From contig JAKANO010000007.1 in assembly GCA_021812385.1 (NCBI GenBank), positions 12,512 to 76,511 on the forward strand: a stretch of 64,000 nt of DNA, in the 5' to 3' direction. The notes beneath the pieces are model-generated. The model was not told where the DNA came from. It worked only from the letters and a program-made list of their open reading frames with translations, and did no database searches. This stretch comes from Pseudomonadota bacterium. Its GTDB lineage: Bacteria > Pseudomonadota > Gammaproteobacteria > Burkholderiales > Thiobacteraceae. The number at the start of each line of letters is the position of its first letter. Position 1 is the first letter of the stretch. The translations under genes and the position numbers were made by a program. Below, piece after piece: positions 28,940 to 38,798 of this stretch.

Positions 28940-28987
28940 AGCTGTTTTTGAATTTATCCATTTACTGCAAAGAGGTTCTGTGCCCGG

Positions 28988-29015
28988 AAAAAAACGCCCC
29001 CAACCATGTGGGGGC
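28988..29015 (-). terminator. Rho-independent terminator/attenuator after cbbM
   Basis: Minus-strand RNA GCCCCCA-CAUGGU-UGGGGGC followed by GUUUUUUU, 27 nt past the cbbM stop. Confidence 0.7.
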
Positions 29016-29041
29016 ATTCTTTATTGCCTAGGGCTTGCGGA

Positions 29042-30421
29042 TTACTTATGCACGCCCAGTTTTTCACGCCAGCCGGGATACAGTTTGTCGGCATCGCCCG
29101 GGAAGGATTCGAACGCGCGCGCGAATTCCTTGTGGCTCTTGGCAAACTCGATCGGATCCGCGCCGGCTTTCCAGCACTCGTACGATTGACGCAGCGAGAT
29201 CGCGCCGGCCGCCGGGCTGTCGATGTGGCCGTAGGAGCCGCCGCCGGAGGTGTTGATCACGTTGCCATGGCCGAGGTTCTCGAAGAAGCCGGGCAGGCGC
29301 AGCGCGTTCATGCCGCCGGAAATGATCGGGGTGGTGGGCTTCATGCCGAACCATTTCTGGAAGTAGACCGGGCCCTGGCACTCGTCGCGCTCGATCATGT
29401 AGGCGATGACCTTGTCGGACGTTTCACCTTCCATCTTGCCGTAGCCCATGGTGCCGACGTGGATGCCGGAAGCACCTTGCAGGCGGGACATCTTGGCCAG
29501 CACGAATGCGGTGTAGCCACGCTTGGCGGAGGGCGAGGTGATCATGCCGTGGCCGGCACGGTGGTAGTGCAGGTACTGGTTGGGGTACTGGCGGCGGGCA
29601 GTGGTGACCATGCCGGGGCCGCCGACGAAACCGTCGACCAGGAAGGCCAGCTTGTCGGCATCGGGACCGAACACTTCCAGCGCGAAGTCGGCGCGGGCGC
29701 ACATTTCGTAATGGTCGTCGGCGGTGATGTTCATGGAGAACAGCTTGGCTTGGCCGGTTTCGTCCTGGGCGCGCTTCATGGCGTCGTACACCAGCGGAAT
29801 CACTTTCTTTACCGGGGCGAACACCTGGTTGCCTTGCGGCTCGTCGTTCTTGATGAAGTCGCCGCCGAGCCAGAACTGGTAGGCCGCATTGGCGAACGGT
29901 TCGGGACGCAGGCCCAGTTTCGGCTTGATGATGGTGCCGGCGATGTAGCCGCCATTCTCGATCGGACGACCCAGAATGCGCCACAGATCGGAGATGTCCT
30001 TGGCCGGGCCGTCGAACATCTGGATGACGCGGTCGGGCATGTAGAAGTCGATCATCTTGGCGTGCTCGATGTCGCCCATGCCTTGGTTGTTGCCGATCAC
30101 CAGCGTCAGGAAAGACACCAGCATGAAGCGGCCGTCGGTGACGTTGCGATCGAACAGTTCGATCGGGTAAGCGATCCGCATGTCTTCGGTGGCTTCGTCG
30201 ATGTGATAGACCAGTGCGTCCACGCCTTTGGTGAAGTCGTCGGTGGTGGAAACTTCAACGTTGGTGCCGGTAGAGGACTCGGCGGCGAAGTGGGCGGCGG
30301 CTTCCAGATAGCCATAGCCTGCCTTCGGCTTCATCTTGTAGGCGACGAGAATGTGTTTTTCGCCCTTAAGAAGGTCTTCTTCTTTCAGGTCAAGGTTTGC
30401 GTAGCGTGCTGATTGATCCAT
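29042..30421 (-). CDS. cbbM: ribulose-bisphosphate carboxylase, form II
   Basis: 459 aa, [18 protein letters not shown]..., active-site [14 protein letters not shown]. No small-subunit gene follows. Confidence 0.97.
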   Translation of the reverse strand: MDQSARYANLDLKEEDLLKGEKHILVAYKMKPKAGYGYLEAAAHFAAESSTGTNVEVSTTDDFTKGVDALVYHIDEATEDMRIAYPIELFDRNVTDGRFMLVSFLTLVIGNNQGMGDIEHAKMIDFYMPDRVIQMFDGPAKDISDLWRILGRPIENGGYIAGTIIKPKLGLRPEPFANAAYQFWLGGDFIKNDEPQGNQVFAPVKKVIPLVYDAMKRAQDETGQAKLFSMNITADDHYEMCARADFALEVFGPDADKLAFLVDGFVGGPGMVTTARRQYPNQYLHYHRAGHGMITSPSAKRGYTAFVLAKMSRLQGASGIHVGTMGYGKMEGETSDKVIAYMIERDECQGPVYFQKWFGMKPTTPIISGGMNALRLPGFFENLGHGNVINTSGGGSYGHIDSPAAGAISLRQSYECWKAGADPIEFAKSHKEFARAFESFPGDADKLYPGWREKLGVHK

Positions 30422-30466
30422 TTACATCTCCAAATCGAACGGGTTTCGGATAAATAACCATAGGGC

Positions 30467-30599
30467 GCCTCTAAAAATCCAAATTTCGTCGCAATACTTC
30501 GTTGCTCACAAAAAATGTTTCCTTACATATCACCCATATGCGGCGGAAACATTTTTTGCTCGCGCCTCGTCTTGCTTAGAACTTTGAATTTTTAGAGGC
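30467..30599. repeat. 133 bp imperfect palindrome in the cbbR-cbbM divergent promoter region
   Basis: Outer arms gcctctaaaaatccaaatttc / gaactttgaatttttagaggc. Inner arms caaaaaatgtttcc / ggaaacattttttg. The middle of each arm has diverged. Confidence 0.7.
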
Positions 30600-30621
30600 A
30601 CCCCAAGGAACGGAAGGCAAT

Positions 30622-30667
30622 ATAACGGTTATGGTCTATAAGAAATATTCAGAAATAATGATAAGAT
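30622..30667. promoter_or_regulatory. candidate CbbR operator region (ATAAC-G-GTTAT palindrome and GATAAGAT box)
   Basis: ataacggttat at 30622-30632. gataagat at 30660-30667, directly before the cbbR start. GATAAGAT recurs upstream of cbbL and tkt in the same orientation. Confidence 0.3.
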
Positions 30668-30682
30668 ATGAAACTATTTCTT

Positions 30683-31594
30683 ATGTTAAGACTGACCTTA
30701 CGCCAGCTCGATATTCTTGAAGCGGTTGCCCGCTGCGGCAGCTTTTCCCGCGCGAGCGCCGAGCTGCATCTCACCCAACCCGCTGTTTCCATGCAAATCA
30801 AGCAGTTGGAAGAGTCGTTGGGCATGCCCCTGTTCGAGCATGTCGGCAAGCGCATCCACCTCACCGAAGCCGGGCAGGAGACGCTAGAGGCCAGCCGCGC
30901 CATCCGCCGCGAGCTGGTCAATCTGGAAAATTCGCTGGCCGATTTTCAGGGTTTGCACGGCGGCAGCCTGACGGTATCGGTGGCGAGTTCCGCCAGCTAC
31001 CTGGCGGCACGCCTGATCGCGGCATTTCGCCAGGCGCACCCGGAGGTGCGCGTGAGCTTCAATGCGGTGAATCGAGAGACGCTATTGCAGCATCTGGCCG
31101 AGAACAGCGTCGACCTGGTGTTGATGGGGCAGCCGCCGGAAGGACGGGATCTGGAGGCGCGGCCCTTCCTGGACAATCCGCTGGTGGTGATTGCCGCGCC
31201 GACCCATCCGCTGGCGAAGGTGCGCCACATTCCTTTGCAACGCCTGGCGGAGGAGCCTTTCGTCGGGCGCGAACCAGGCTCCGGCACGCGCATCGCCGTG
31301 GAAAAATTTTTTGAGTCCAATGGCCTCACGCTCCAGGTCGCGATGGAAATGAACAAGAACGAGGCGATCAAGCAAGCGGTGGAGGCGGGGCTCGGCGTGG
31401 GCGTGGTATCACTGCATGGCGAGCTGGCGAAGCGCGAGCTGCGCATTCTGGATGTGCAGGGCTTTCCGTTGTTGCGGAAGTGGTATCTGGTGCAGCGCCA
31501 GGGCAAGCGCCTGAGCCCTGCGGCGCAGGCGTTTGCACAGTTCGTGTTGAGCGAGGCGGCGCGGATCGCGCGTCAGGACGAGGGCGTGCGCTAA
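30683..31594 (+). CDS. cbbR: LysR-family regulator CbbR (form II locus)
   Basis: MLRLTLRQLDILEAVARCGSFSRASAELHLTQPAVSMQIKQLEESLG. Start aligned to the paralog MLHLTFRQL; an upstream ATG at 30668 is possible. Divergent from cbbM. Confidence 0.85.
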   Translation: MLRLTLRQLDILEAVARCGSFSRASAELHLTQPAVSMQIKQLEESLGMPLFEHVGKRIHLTEAGQETLEASRAIRRELVNLENSLADFQGLHGGSLTVSVASSASYLAARLIAAFRQAHPEVRVSFNAVNRETLLQHLAENSVDLVLMGQPPEGRDLEARPFLDNPLVVIAAPTHPLAKVRHIPLQRLAEEPFVGREPGSGTRIAVEKFFESNGLTLQVAMEMNKNEAIKQAVEAGLGVGVVSLHGELAKRELRILDVQGFPLLRKWYLVQRQGKRLSPAAQAFAQFVLSEAARIARQDEGVR

Positions 31595-31634
31595 GAGCGA
31601 GCCGCGGCGCTTTATCCTAAAAAATGCAAATGCA

Positions 31635-31804
31635 GCCACAGAGGTCACAGAGAACACAGAGATTCAAGGGGTTTTGCAATATCCTCAAGCGCACCCGTCG
31701 GGTGAGTTCGATCAACACGTCAACCCCTTGGTTTTGCGAGTTGAGCGACATGTCGCTCATCCCTGCGAAACCCGATTCCTCTGTGAACTCTGTGTTCTCT
31801 GTGG
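31635..31804. repeat. tandem-unit long hairpin element, CACAGAG type (E4)
   Basis: gccacagaggtcacagagaacacagag ... cctctgtgaactctgtgttctctgtggc, with a spacer of about 116 bp containing the palindrome gagcgacatgtcgctc. Lies between convergent cbbR and terC. Confidence 0.75.
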
Positions 31805-31852
31805 CGAACGGCTTTTTCTAGGTTTATTCCACAAGGAAAATGTTCGCGGATG

Positions 31853-32815
31853 TTAGCCATGCTTACTGGGCCGCGTGGCGATCAGGGATGCGATCACGCT
31901 GGCGCCGATCAGCACGGCGACGATGGCCAGCGAGGCCGCTACCGGCAGGTGGTACCAGGGCGCGATCAGCATCTTGGCGCCGATGAAAGTGAGCACCATG
32001 GCCAAGCCGTATTTCAGCAGGTGGAAGCGGTCGGCCACGTCGGCCATCAAAAAGTACAGCGCGCGCAGCCCCATGATGGCGAAGATGTTGGAAGTGAAAA
32101 CGATGAAGGGATCGGTGGTGATGGCGAAGATGGCCGGGATGGAATCCACCGCGAACACCACGTCGGAGGCCTCGATCAGGATCAGCACCAGGAACAGCGG
32201 CGTGAAGTAGCGCACGCCGTCTTTCATCACGCTGAATTTCTCGCCGTGCTGGCCGTCGCTGATGCGCAAATGCCGGCGCGCGAATTTCAGCACCGGATTT
32301 TTTTCCAATTCGGGTTCCTTCTCCGCCATCACCAGCATGCGCATGCCGGTGACCACCAGGAAGGCGCCGAACAGATACAACACCCAGCTAAACTCGCGCA
32401 CTACCCAAGCGCCGGCCAGGATCATGACCGCGCGCAGGACGATGGCGCCCAGCACGCCGTAGATCAGCACGCGGCGCTGGTATTCGGCGGCGACATGGAA
32501 GGAGGAGAAAATCAGGAGGAACACGAACACGTTGTCCACCGACAACGACTTCTCGATCAAATAGCCGGTGAAGAATTCCAGCGCCTTGCGCTCGGCGACC
32601 TCCGGCCCGACGGCGCCTTGCAGATACCACCACAGGCCGGCATTGAAGGCGAGCGCGAGGCTCACCCACACCAGCGACCAGGCGGCGGCTTCCTTGACGC
32701 CCACCTTGTGCGCCTTGCGGCCGCCGAACACGAACAGGTCGAGCGCCAGCATCGCCAGCACGAAGCCGATGAAGCCGGCCCACAGCAAGGGCGTACCGAT
32801 GCTCACGCTGTTCAT
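31853..32815 (-). CDS. TerC/Alx family membrane protein
   Basis: 320 aa polytopic. Contains LSVDNVFVF and AVDSIPA, typical of TerC. Confidence 0.88.
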   Translation of the reverse strand: MNSVSIGTPLLWAGFIGFVLAMLALDLFVFGGRKAHKVGVKEAAAWSLVWVSLALAFNAGLWWYLQGAVGPEVAERKALEFFTGYLIEKSLSVDNVFVFLLIFSSFHVAAEYQRRVLIYGVLGAIVLRAVMILAGAWVVREFSWVLYLFGAFLVVTGMRMLVMAEKEPELEKNPVLKFARRHLRISDGQHGEKFSVMKDGVRYFTPLFLVLILIEASDVVFAVDSIPAIFAITTDPFIVFTSNIFAIMGLRALYFLMADVADRFHLLKYGLAMVLTFIGAKMLIAPWYHLPVAASLAIVAVLIGASVIASLIATRPSKHG

Positions 32816-32821
32816 GTTGAT

Positions 32822-33697
32822 CTACGCCGCCGCTTGCAAGGCTGCGATGCGCTCTTCCAGCGGCGGGTGCGTCATGAACAGGCGCTTCAAGCCGCCGCCC
32901 ACGCCGCCGCTGATGCCGAACGCCGCCATCTTGTCCGGCAGCGGCGCCGGGTGCAGGCGCTGCAAGGCTTGCAGCGCGCCAATCATCTTCTGCCGACCGG
33001 CGAGCGTGGCGCCGCCGTGGTCGGCGCGGAATTCGCGCCGGCGCGAGAACCACATCACGATCAGGGAAGCGAGGATGCCCAGCACCAACTCCGCCACGAT
33101 CATGGTGACGAAAAACGCCGGGCCTTGGCCGCGCTCGGTCTTGAACACGATGCGATCGACAGCGTGGCCGATGACGCGCGACAGGAACATCACGAAGGTG
33201 TTGACCACGCCCTGGATCAGCGCCAGCGTCACCATGTCGCCATTGGCGACGTGCGTCACTTCGTGGGCCAGCACCGCCTCCGCTTCGTCGCGCGTCATGC
33301 TGCGCAGCAAGCCGGTGGACACCGCGACCAAGGCGTTGTTCTTGTTCATGCCGGTGGCGAAGGCGTTGACCTCGGGCGAGTCATAGATCGCCACTTCCGG
33401 CATGCCGATGCCGGCGCTCTCGGCTTGGCGGCGCACGGTATTCACCAGCCAGATTTCTTCCGGCGTGCGCGGTGTTTCGATGACTTGCGCGCCGACCGAT
33501 TTTTTGGCGGTCCACTTGGAGATGGCGAGCGAGATGAAGGAGCCGCCCATGCCCATCACCGCCGCGAAAACCAGCAGCGCGCCGAGATTCAGCCCTTGTG
33601 CGTTGAGGTAAGGCTCCACGCCCAGCAGGCGCATGGTGATGGACAGCACCAGCACGATGGCCATGTTGGTGGCGAGAAAGAGAAAGATGCGCTTCAT
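32822..33697 (-). CDS. htpX: membrane protease HtpX
   Basis: 291 aa, zinc motif [11 protein letters not shown]-terminal [10 protein letters not shown]. Confidence 0.95.
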   Translation of the reverse strand: MKRIFLFLATNMAIVLVLSITMRLLGVEPYLNAQGLNLGALLVFAAVMGMGGSFISLAISKWTAKKSVGAQVIETPRTPEEIWLVNTVRRQAESAGIGMPEVAIYDSPEVNAFATGMNKNNALVAVSTGLLRSMTRDEAEAVLAHEVTHVANGDMVTLALIQGVVNTFVMFLSRVIGHAVDRIVFKTERGQGPAFFVTMIVAELVLGILASLIVMWFSRRREFRADHGGATLAGRQKMIGALQALQRLHPAPLPDKMAAFGISGGVGGGLKRLFMTHPPLEERIAALQAAA

Positions 33698-33805
33698 GGC
33701 AAACTCCTTGAAATGAGCGACAGAGTGAACGCCGCCGCGATTGGCGGACGAATCAAGATCTATTGTAGGGCCGGAAAAGCGAAATAAAAGTCGAATATTT
33801 ATGGT

Positions 33806-33832
33806 TTATACTTCGTAAAAACCGAAGTATAA
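33806..33832. promoter_or_regulatory. LysR-type inverted repeat just upstream of the LysR gene
   Basis: ttatacttcg-taaaaac-cgaagtataa. Perfect 10 bp arms, ending 3 nt before the ATG at 33836. Confidence 0.5.
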
Positions 33833-33835
33833 AAT

Positions 33836-34726
33836 ATGAACCTCAAACACCTGCACTATTTCTGGACCGTCGCCCGCAGCGGGAGCATCGCCGCCGCGGC
33901 CGAGCGGCTGCACCTCACGCCGCAGACGGTGAGCGCGCAGATCAAGCTGCTGGAGGACGCCTTGGGCGCGCCGTTGTTCCAGCCCGCCGGGCGCGGCCTG
34001 CAGCTGACCGAGGCGGGGCGGCTTGCTCTGGGTTATGCGGACGAGATCTTCGCCTTGAGCGATGCCCTGAAGGCGAGTATGGGCCACCAGCATGGCGTGC
34101 CCAGCTTGCCTTTTCGCGTCGGTATTTCCGATGCGGTGCCGAAGAACATCGCCTATCGCTTGCTGGCGCCGGTGACCGAGCTGACCGAACCGGTGCGCTT
34201 GATTTGTCAGGAGGGCAAGCTGGATCGCCTATTGGCGGAATTGGCGCTGCACCGGCTCGATATGGTGGTGGCGGATCGCCCCTTGCCCAGCGGCGTGCGG
34301 GTGCGCGGCTTCAATCACAAGCTGGGGGAGAGCGATGTGGCATTCTTCGCCGCGCCCGCGTTGGCGCGCACGTGCAAAAAATTTCCCGCCTGTCTCGACG
34401 CCAAGCCCCTGCTCATCCCGGGCGAGGATTCCAGCACGCGCGTGCGCTTGGAACAATGGCTGGAAGCAGAGGAACTGGCCCCCAGGATTGTAGGCGAATT
34501 CGACGACGCGGCGCTGATGAAGGCCTTCGGTCAAGCGGGCCGCGGATTTTTTCCGGCGCCGGCGGTGCTCGCCGCAGAAGTAGAGGCGCAGTATGGTGTG
34601 CGCGAAGTGGGCCGCACCAGCGCGCTGCGCGAGGCATTCTACGTGATTACCGGCGAGCGCCGCATCACCCATCCGGCGGTGCGCATCGTCACCGAAGCGG
34701 CGCGCGACAGTCTGTTTTTACATTAA
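33836..34726 (+). CDS. LysR-family transcriptional regulator (NhaR-like)
   Basis: MNLKHLHYFWTVARSGSIAAAAERLHLTPQTVSAQIKLLE resembles the NhaR subgroup. Confidence 0.85.
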   Translation: MNLKHLHYFWTVARSGSIAAAAERLHLTPQTVSAQIKLLEDALGAPLFQPAGRGLQLTEAGRLALGYADEIFALSDALKASMGHQHGVPSLPFRVGISDAVPKNIAYRLLAPVTELTEPVRLICQEGKLDRLLAELALHRLDMVVADRPLPSGVRVRGFNHKLGESDVAFFAAPALARTCKKFPACLDAKPLLIPGEDSSTRVRLEQWLEAEELAPRIVGEFDDAALMKAFGQAGRGFFPAPAVLAAEVEAQYGVREVGRTSALREAFYVITGERRITHPAVRIVTEAARDSLFLH

Positions 34727-34740
34727 ACCTAAAAACCGCG

Positions 34741-34876
34741 TTTCACCACGGAGGACACGGAGGACACGGAGAGAAAGCCAATGTCTGGCGGTTTTCCCTC
34801 AATCACCTGCTGGGTAGGCGTTCTGTTTTTCCAAGCTTTTGAATTACTCCGTGTACTCTGTGTACTCCGTGGTTCA
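34741..34876. repeat. tandem-unit long hairpin element, CACGGAG type (E5)
   Basis: tttcaccacggaggacacggaggacacggagagaaagcc ... actccgtgtactctgtgtactccgtggttc. Lies between the convergent LysR gene and yqhA. Confidence 0.8.
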
Positions 34877-34899
34877 AATGCTTTTTCTAGGCTAAACGC

Positions 34900-35454
34900 T
34901 CAGTGCGATTCCGCTCCGCCTTCCGAACCGTGCCCTTCGGATTTATGCGAGAAATACAAGGCTATGCCGATCAGCGCGATGGCGCCGCCCAGATACAACA
35001 GATCCAGCGGGGTGTCGAGGCTCATCTTCAGCGCCTCCTCGAACAAGGTGACGATCAGGATCATCAGGATGACCTTGGCCAAGCGCGACTTCAAGTCGTC
35101 CAAGCTTTCGATCACCAAAATGCGGCTGGAAGCCTTGCTGCCGCGCGCCTCGTCGATGTCGCTCACAAACAGCTCGTACATGCCCAAGGCAAAGATCAGC
35201 ATGAAGGTGGCGAGCAGATAGCCGTCCACCACCTCAACCACGTGGGTGATGGTTTCGTCGTGCATGGCCTTGCGTGCCTCGACCGCCATGGACGGGTCGG
35301 CGTAATGCAGCATGTGGCTGACCAGATACACCACGTCCACCGTCGCCATGTAGAAGATCACCGTGGCGGCGGCCATGCTGGCGATCACTGCGACGACCAC
35401 GACGAAGCGGCCGTTCCATAGGGTCTTTTCAAACAGCAATTCAAGAAATTTCAT
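34900..35454 (-). CDS. YqhA-family (UPF0114) membrane protein
   Basis: 184 aa, MKFLELLFEKTLWNGRFVVVVAVI, typical N-terminus and TM layout. Confidence 0.8.
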   Translation of the reverse strand: MKFLELLFEKTLWNGRFVVVVAVIASMAAATVIFYMATVDVVYLVSHMLHYADPSMAVEARKAMHDETITHVVEVVDGYLLATFMLIFALGMYELFVSDIDEARGSKASSRILVIESLDDLKSRLAKVILMILIVTLFEEALKMSLDTPLDLLYLGGAIALIGIALYFSHKSEGHGSEGGAESH

Positions 35455-35574
35455 GCGGGGTGCTCCGGGTGATGGCGGTGAGGCGCTATTTTCGCCGAAA
35501 AACCTCGTGCCTGAAACTTTTTGTGCGGCGCGGTATACAATTTAAAGCATCGATTCCGACGAGAGAGCGACGCG

Positions 35575-35985
35575 ATGGAAATCACTTGTTATCGCGACCA
35601 AGAATTGGCGTGCGAACCGCGACAACTGCCTGCCGCCACTTACAACTTGGCGCTGACGCTGCTGGCGCGCAGCGCAACCGGTAACTTATTCGTGCCGATT
35701 CGTTCCATGCAATACCTGGCGATCCTGGATCGCGAGGAATGGGTGTTCCTGGATGGCGCGCGCAAGTGCTGGATCGACATTGCGTGGCGGCATTTTCGGC
35801 CGCAAGCGCGCGTTTCGCTGGATGATCCGGTGGCGTACGAGGCGGTTTTTTATCAAGCCAGTGCGCGCGGCTTGATGGTGCGTTTGCAAGCGGAGCTACC
35901 GCGCGCGCTGCAAAGCTTGGCGGCGAAGGCGCATGTCGAAGGCCCGGCGCGCGTGCTTAAATTTCCCGCGCCAAAACCCGCTTAA
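35575..35985 (+). CDS. hypothetical protein
   Basis: 136 aa from MEITCYRDQELACEP. Host-like codon usage. No recognisable motif. Confidence 0.45.
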   Translation: MEITCYRDQELACEPRQLPAATYNLALTLLARSATGNLFVPIRSMQYLAILDREEWVFLDGARKCWIDIAWRHFRPQARVSLDDPVAYEAVFYQASARGLMVRLQAELPRALQSLAAKAHVEGPARVLKFPAPKPA

Positions 35986-35989
35986 GGAT

Positions 35990-36286
35990 TTATTCGTCCT
36001 CGCCCAATTCCGGGTTCCAGCCTTTTTTCCGCGCTTGCGCCATGGCCTTGGCGTAGATTTCGGTATGGCGTTGTTGCAGTGCCGGCGGCAGGCGGCTGGG
36101 CAAGTTCGCGTATTTGTCCCATTCGGCGCTGACTTTATCCATCAGCGCCTGCATCCGCCCCATATCCCAGCCGGTGCAGTCCTCGGTTTCGGGAATGAGG
36201 CCGAACAGCCAGCCATCCAGCACGATGCGCCCCAGTTGGGTGATGCCGTGCGTATCGTGATGGAAGCCAACGTAAGTATTGCTCAT
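35990..36286 (-). CDS. hypothetical protein downstream of cbbO
   Basis: 98 aa, MSNTYVGFHHDTHGITQLG, acidic C-terminus. Same strand as the cbbLSQO genes, 62 nt after the cbbO stop. Confidence 0.5.
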   Translation of the reverse strand: MSNTYVGFHHDTHGITQLGRIVLDGWLFGLIPETEDCTGWDMGRMQALMDKVSAEWDKYANLPSRLPPALQQRHTEIYAKAMAQARKKGWNPELGEDE

Positions 36287-36303
36287 AGGACGATGTTACC
36301 GGG

Positions 36304-36378
36304 TTAAGCCTGCATAGAGCAGCGGCGGCCGCAGCCAAAAGCGCCCGCTCATCTTGTTAAACCTGCATAGAGCAGCGG
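36304..36378. repeat. 22 nt direct repeat duplicating the last codons of cbbO
   Basis: ttaagcctgcatagagcagcgg (36304-36325) vs ttaaacctgcatagagcagcgg (36357-36378), 21/22 identical. The second copy encodes PLLYAGL of CbbO. Confidence 0.8.
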
Positions 36379-38706
36379 GAGCTTTTCAGGCAGTCGCTGC
36401 ACGTGGTCCACGACCATGAAGTTTTTCTGGCCGAAGATGCGCGCCACATATTGATCAGCGCGCGGATCCAGGCTCATGCAGTAGGTTACCACACCGTCGC
36501 GGCCCACTTCTTCCACCGCCTTCTTGGTGTCGTAGCGCAGGTATTGCGGGTCGCGCACATCGACATCGGCCGGTTCGCCGTCGGTGATGACGATGAGCAG
36601 CTTCTTGGCGGAACGCTGCAATTTCAAGTGATGCCCGGCGTGGCGGATCGCCGCGCCCATGCGCGTGGAGAGCTGGCCGGTCATGCCGGCGAGCTTGGCC
36701 TTGGGCGTTTCATCCCAGTGCTGGTCGAAGTCCTTGAAGCGGTAATATTCGACATCGTGGCGGCCATCCGAGCAGAAGCCGTGAATGGCGAACGGATCGC
36801 CGACCTTGTTGATCGCGTCGGCCAGCAGCACGCAGGCTTGCTGGGTGAGTTCGCGCACCGAGTATTCCTGATCCTGCACTTTTTCATTGGTCGATTCGGA
36901 TAAATCCAGCAGCACCAGAATCGAGAAGTCGCGCGTCTTGCGCACCGAGCGCATCATGATGCGCGGGTCGGGCTGGGTGCCCAGGCGAATGTCGATGAAG
37001 CTGGCGATAGCGGCGTTGATGTCGATCTCGTCGCCGTCCTCCAGCTTGCGGATGCGCTGCACGCCCTGCGGCTGCATGGCGTCTAGCAGAAATTTCATGC
37101 GATGGATTTCGCGCTTGTATTGTGCGGTGATGCCGTCGATGACCTGCATATCGCCGGACTTCGCGCGCTTTTCCTGCACCGTGGCCCAGGCCGGGCGTTC
37201 CAGTTGAATCTGGTAATCCCACTCGGAATAATGGAACGGCTCGGACAAAGGCTCTTTGCCTTCCAGTTCGTTGAAGCTCTTGCCGTTGCTCTCCTCACCG
37301 ATATTCTCATACGGAAAGAGCTCGGTGCTCAGCACCCAAATTTCTTGCGCATCGTCGCCCGCGCCTTCGACTTCGATTTCATTCGCCATCTCCATCACAT
37401 TCACGTTCTTGCGCACTTGCTTGATGGTTTCATAGCCGGCGTTGGCGGCCTTGTCTGAGTTCCATTCCTCGAACTCCCAGAAGTAGCGATTGTCGTCGCG
37501 ATACGGCGCGCTAAGCAGATCGGTGCGGGCGTTGAACGGGATTTTTTTCAGCGACAGGCCATGCGCGAGTTGTGCGCCGATTTCCCAGGAGATGTGGTTG
37601 TCGTTGAGCCTGTCTTGCGCGGCGGCGAACAGGGCGCGGCCTTCCGCGATCCAGGGATCGTTGTCGGCATAAGTCTCGTCCAGCAGCGCGCGCGCCAGCC
37701 GGTTGAGATAATCGCCCAGGCTCTTTTGCATGGCCGGGGTGGCGCTGTGCAGCTTGCACCAGAGTTGCTTCAGGCCGGGAAAGCGGCGGATCGTCAGCGC
37801 TTCCACGCGCGCATCTTCGATGACGGCAATTACCGCCATTTGCAGCGGGTTCAGCCCTTCCGCGGAAATCGGCTGCTTGGTTTCGACCACGTGCGCGGCG
37901 CAGTGCGCGGCGGTGGCGCGGTAGAGTTCCAGGCCGAAAACGGGTTCTTGGCCTTCGATGGTGAAATCGTCCAGGGCGTCCGGCAGATGCAGCAGGTAGT
38001 CCTCGATGTAAGGCCGATAGCCTTCGCGCGTCTCGAAATCGCCGGCGGTGGGACGCATGAAAAAGTCGCGAGCCCATAAGGCGCGCAAATACATGTTGAT
38101 GCGCCGCTGCACGTCCACCAGCAGCGTGCCCTTGCGCTCCTTTTGCAGCATGGCGAGCGATTCTTTCGACGCCAGGCTGAAATAGTGAATCTGCTCTTCG
38201 TAGTTGGTGCGGTGCGCGTGCGCGCCCCACAGCGCCCAGCGCCGTAGGCCGCCCAGGGTCAGTTGCTGGAACAGCACTTCCAGCTTGTCCAGCATCGGCC
38301 GCACGCCGCGCGGCGCTTGCGCAATCAGGGTGTTGATGAATTGCAGGTAGTTGAGGAACAGCTGCGCATCGGCCAAGCGCTTGGCCGCGGTGGGCGCGGT
38401 GGCGAGCAGCAGTTCGATCACCGAACCCGAAGTGCGCGAGGCCAGGGACAGCGATGCGGTGACGAGATCGCCGATCACGTCCTCGCCGACTTCCTTGGCT
38501 ACCAGCGGCGCATTTTCCAGCCAGGCTTCGACCAGCGAATCGCCGCGGCCTAGGCCGCGGATCGCGGCGGCGCCCTTCAGATAGGTATCCAGCCCGCGCG
38601 GCGAGAAGACCTTGGTGGCGTCGTGCCAGTGGGCGTGCAGCACTTCTAGCGTGTGCTCGGACAGGCCTTCCAGCAGTTCGGTGTAATCGTCGAGATTGAT
38701 TGACAT
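36349..38706 (-). CDS. cbbO: RuBisCO activase subunit CbbO (vWA domain), form I-associated
   Basis: 785 aa paralog of 25524..27818. MIDAS LVLLDLSEST. Confidence 0.9.
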   Translation of the reverse strand: MSINLDDYTELLEGLSEHTLEVLHAHWHDATKVFSPRGLDTYLKGAAAIRGLGRGDSLVEAWLENAPLVAKEVGEDVIGDLVTASLSLASRTSGSVIELLLATAPTAAKRLADAQLFLNYLQFINTLIAQAPRGVRPMLDKLEVLFQQLTLGGLRRWALWGAHAHRTNYEEQIHYFSLASKESLAMLQKERKGTLLVDVQRRINMYLRALWARDFFMRPTAGDFETREGYRPYIEDYLLHLPDALDDFTIEGQEPVFGLELYRATAAHCAAHVVETKQPISAEGLNPLQMAVIAVIEDARVEALTIRRFPGLKQLWCKLHSATPAMQKSLGDYLNRLARALLDETYADNDPWIAEGRALFAAAQDRLNDNHISWEIGAQLAHGLSLKKIPFNARTDLLSAPYRDDNRYFWEFEEWNSDKAANAGYETIKQVRKNVNVMEMANEIEVEGAGDDAQEIWVLSTELFPYENIGEESNGKSFNELEGKEPLSEPFHYSEWDYQIQLERPAWATVQEKRAKSGDMQVIDGITAQYKREIHRMKFLLDAMQPQGVQRIRKLEDGDEIDINAAIASFIDIRLGTQPDPRIMMRSVRKTRDFSILVLLDLSESTNEKVQDQEYSVRELTQQACVLLADAINKVGDPFAIHGFCSDGRHDVEYYRFKDFDQHWDETPKAKLAGMTGQLSTRMGAAIRHAGHHLKLQRSAKKLLIVITDGEPADVDVRDPQYLRYDTKKAVEEVGRDGVVTYCMSLDPRADQYVARIFGQKNFMVVDHVQRLPEKLPLLYAGLTR

Positions 38707-38725
38707 GATTTAGTGAACTGTAAAA

Positions 38726-38795
38726 GGTGAGCAGTGAGCGGTGAGCAGTTGCGGCAGGCGATTTTCCCGCCGGCTGCTCACCGTTTCTCGCTCAC
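38726..38795. repeat. tandem-unit long hairpin element, GTGAGC type (E6)
   Basis: ggtgagcagtgagcggtgagcag ... ctgctcaccgtttctcgctcac. Fills the cbbQ-cbbO gap. Confidence 0.65.
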
Positions 38796-38798
38796 GAA

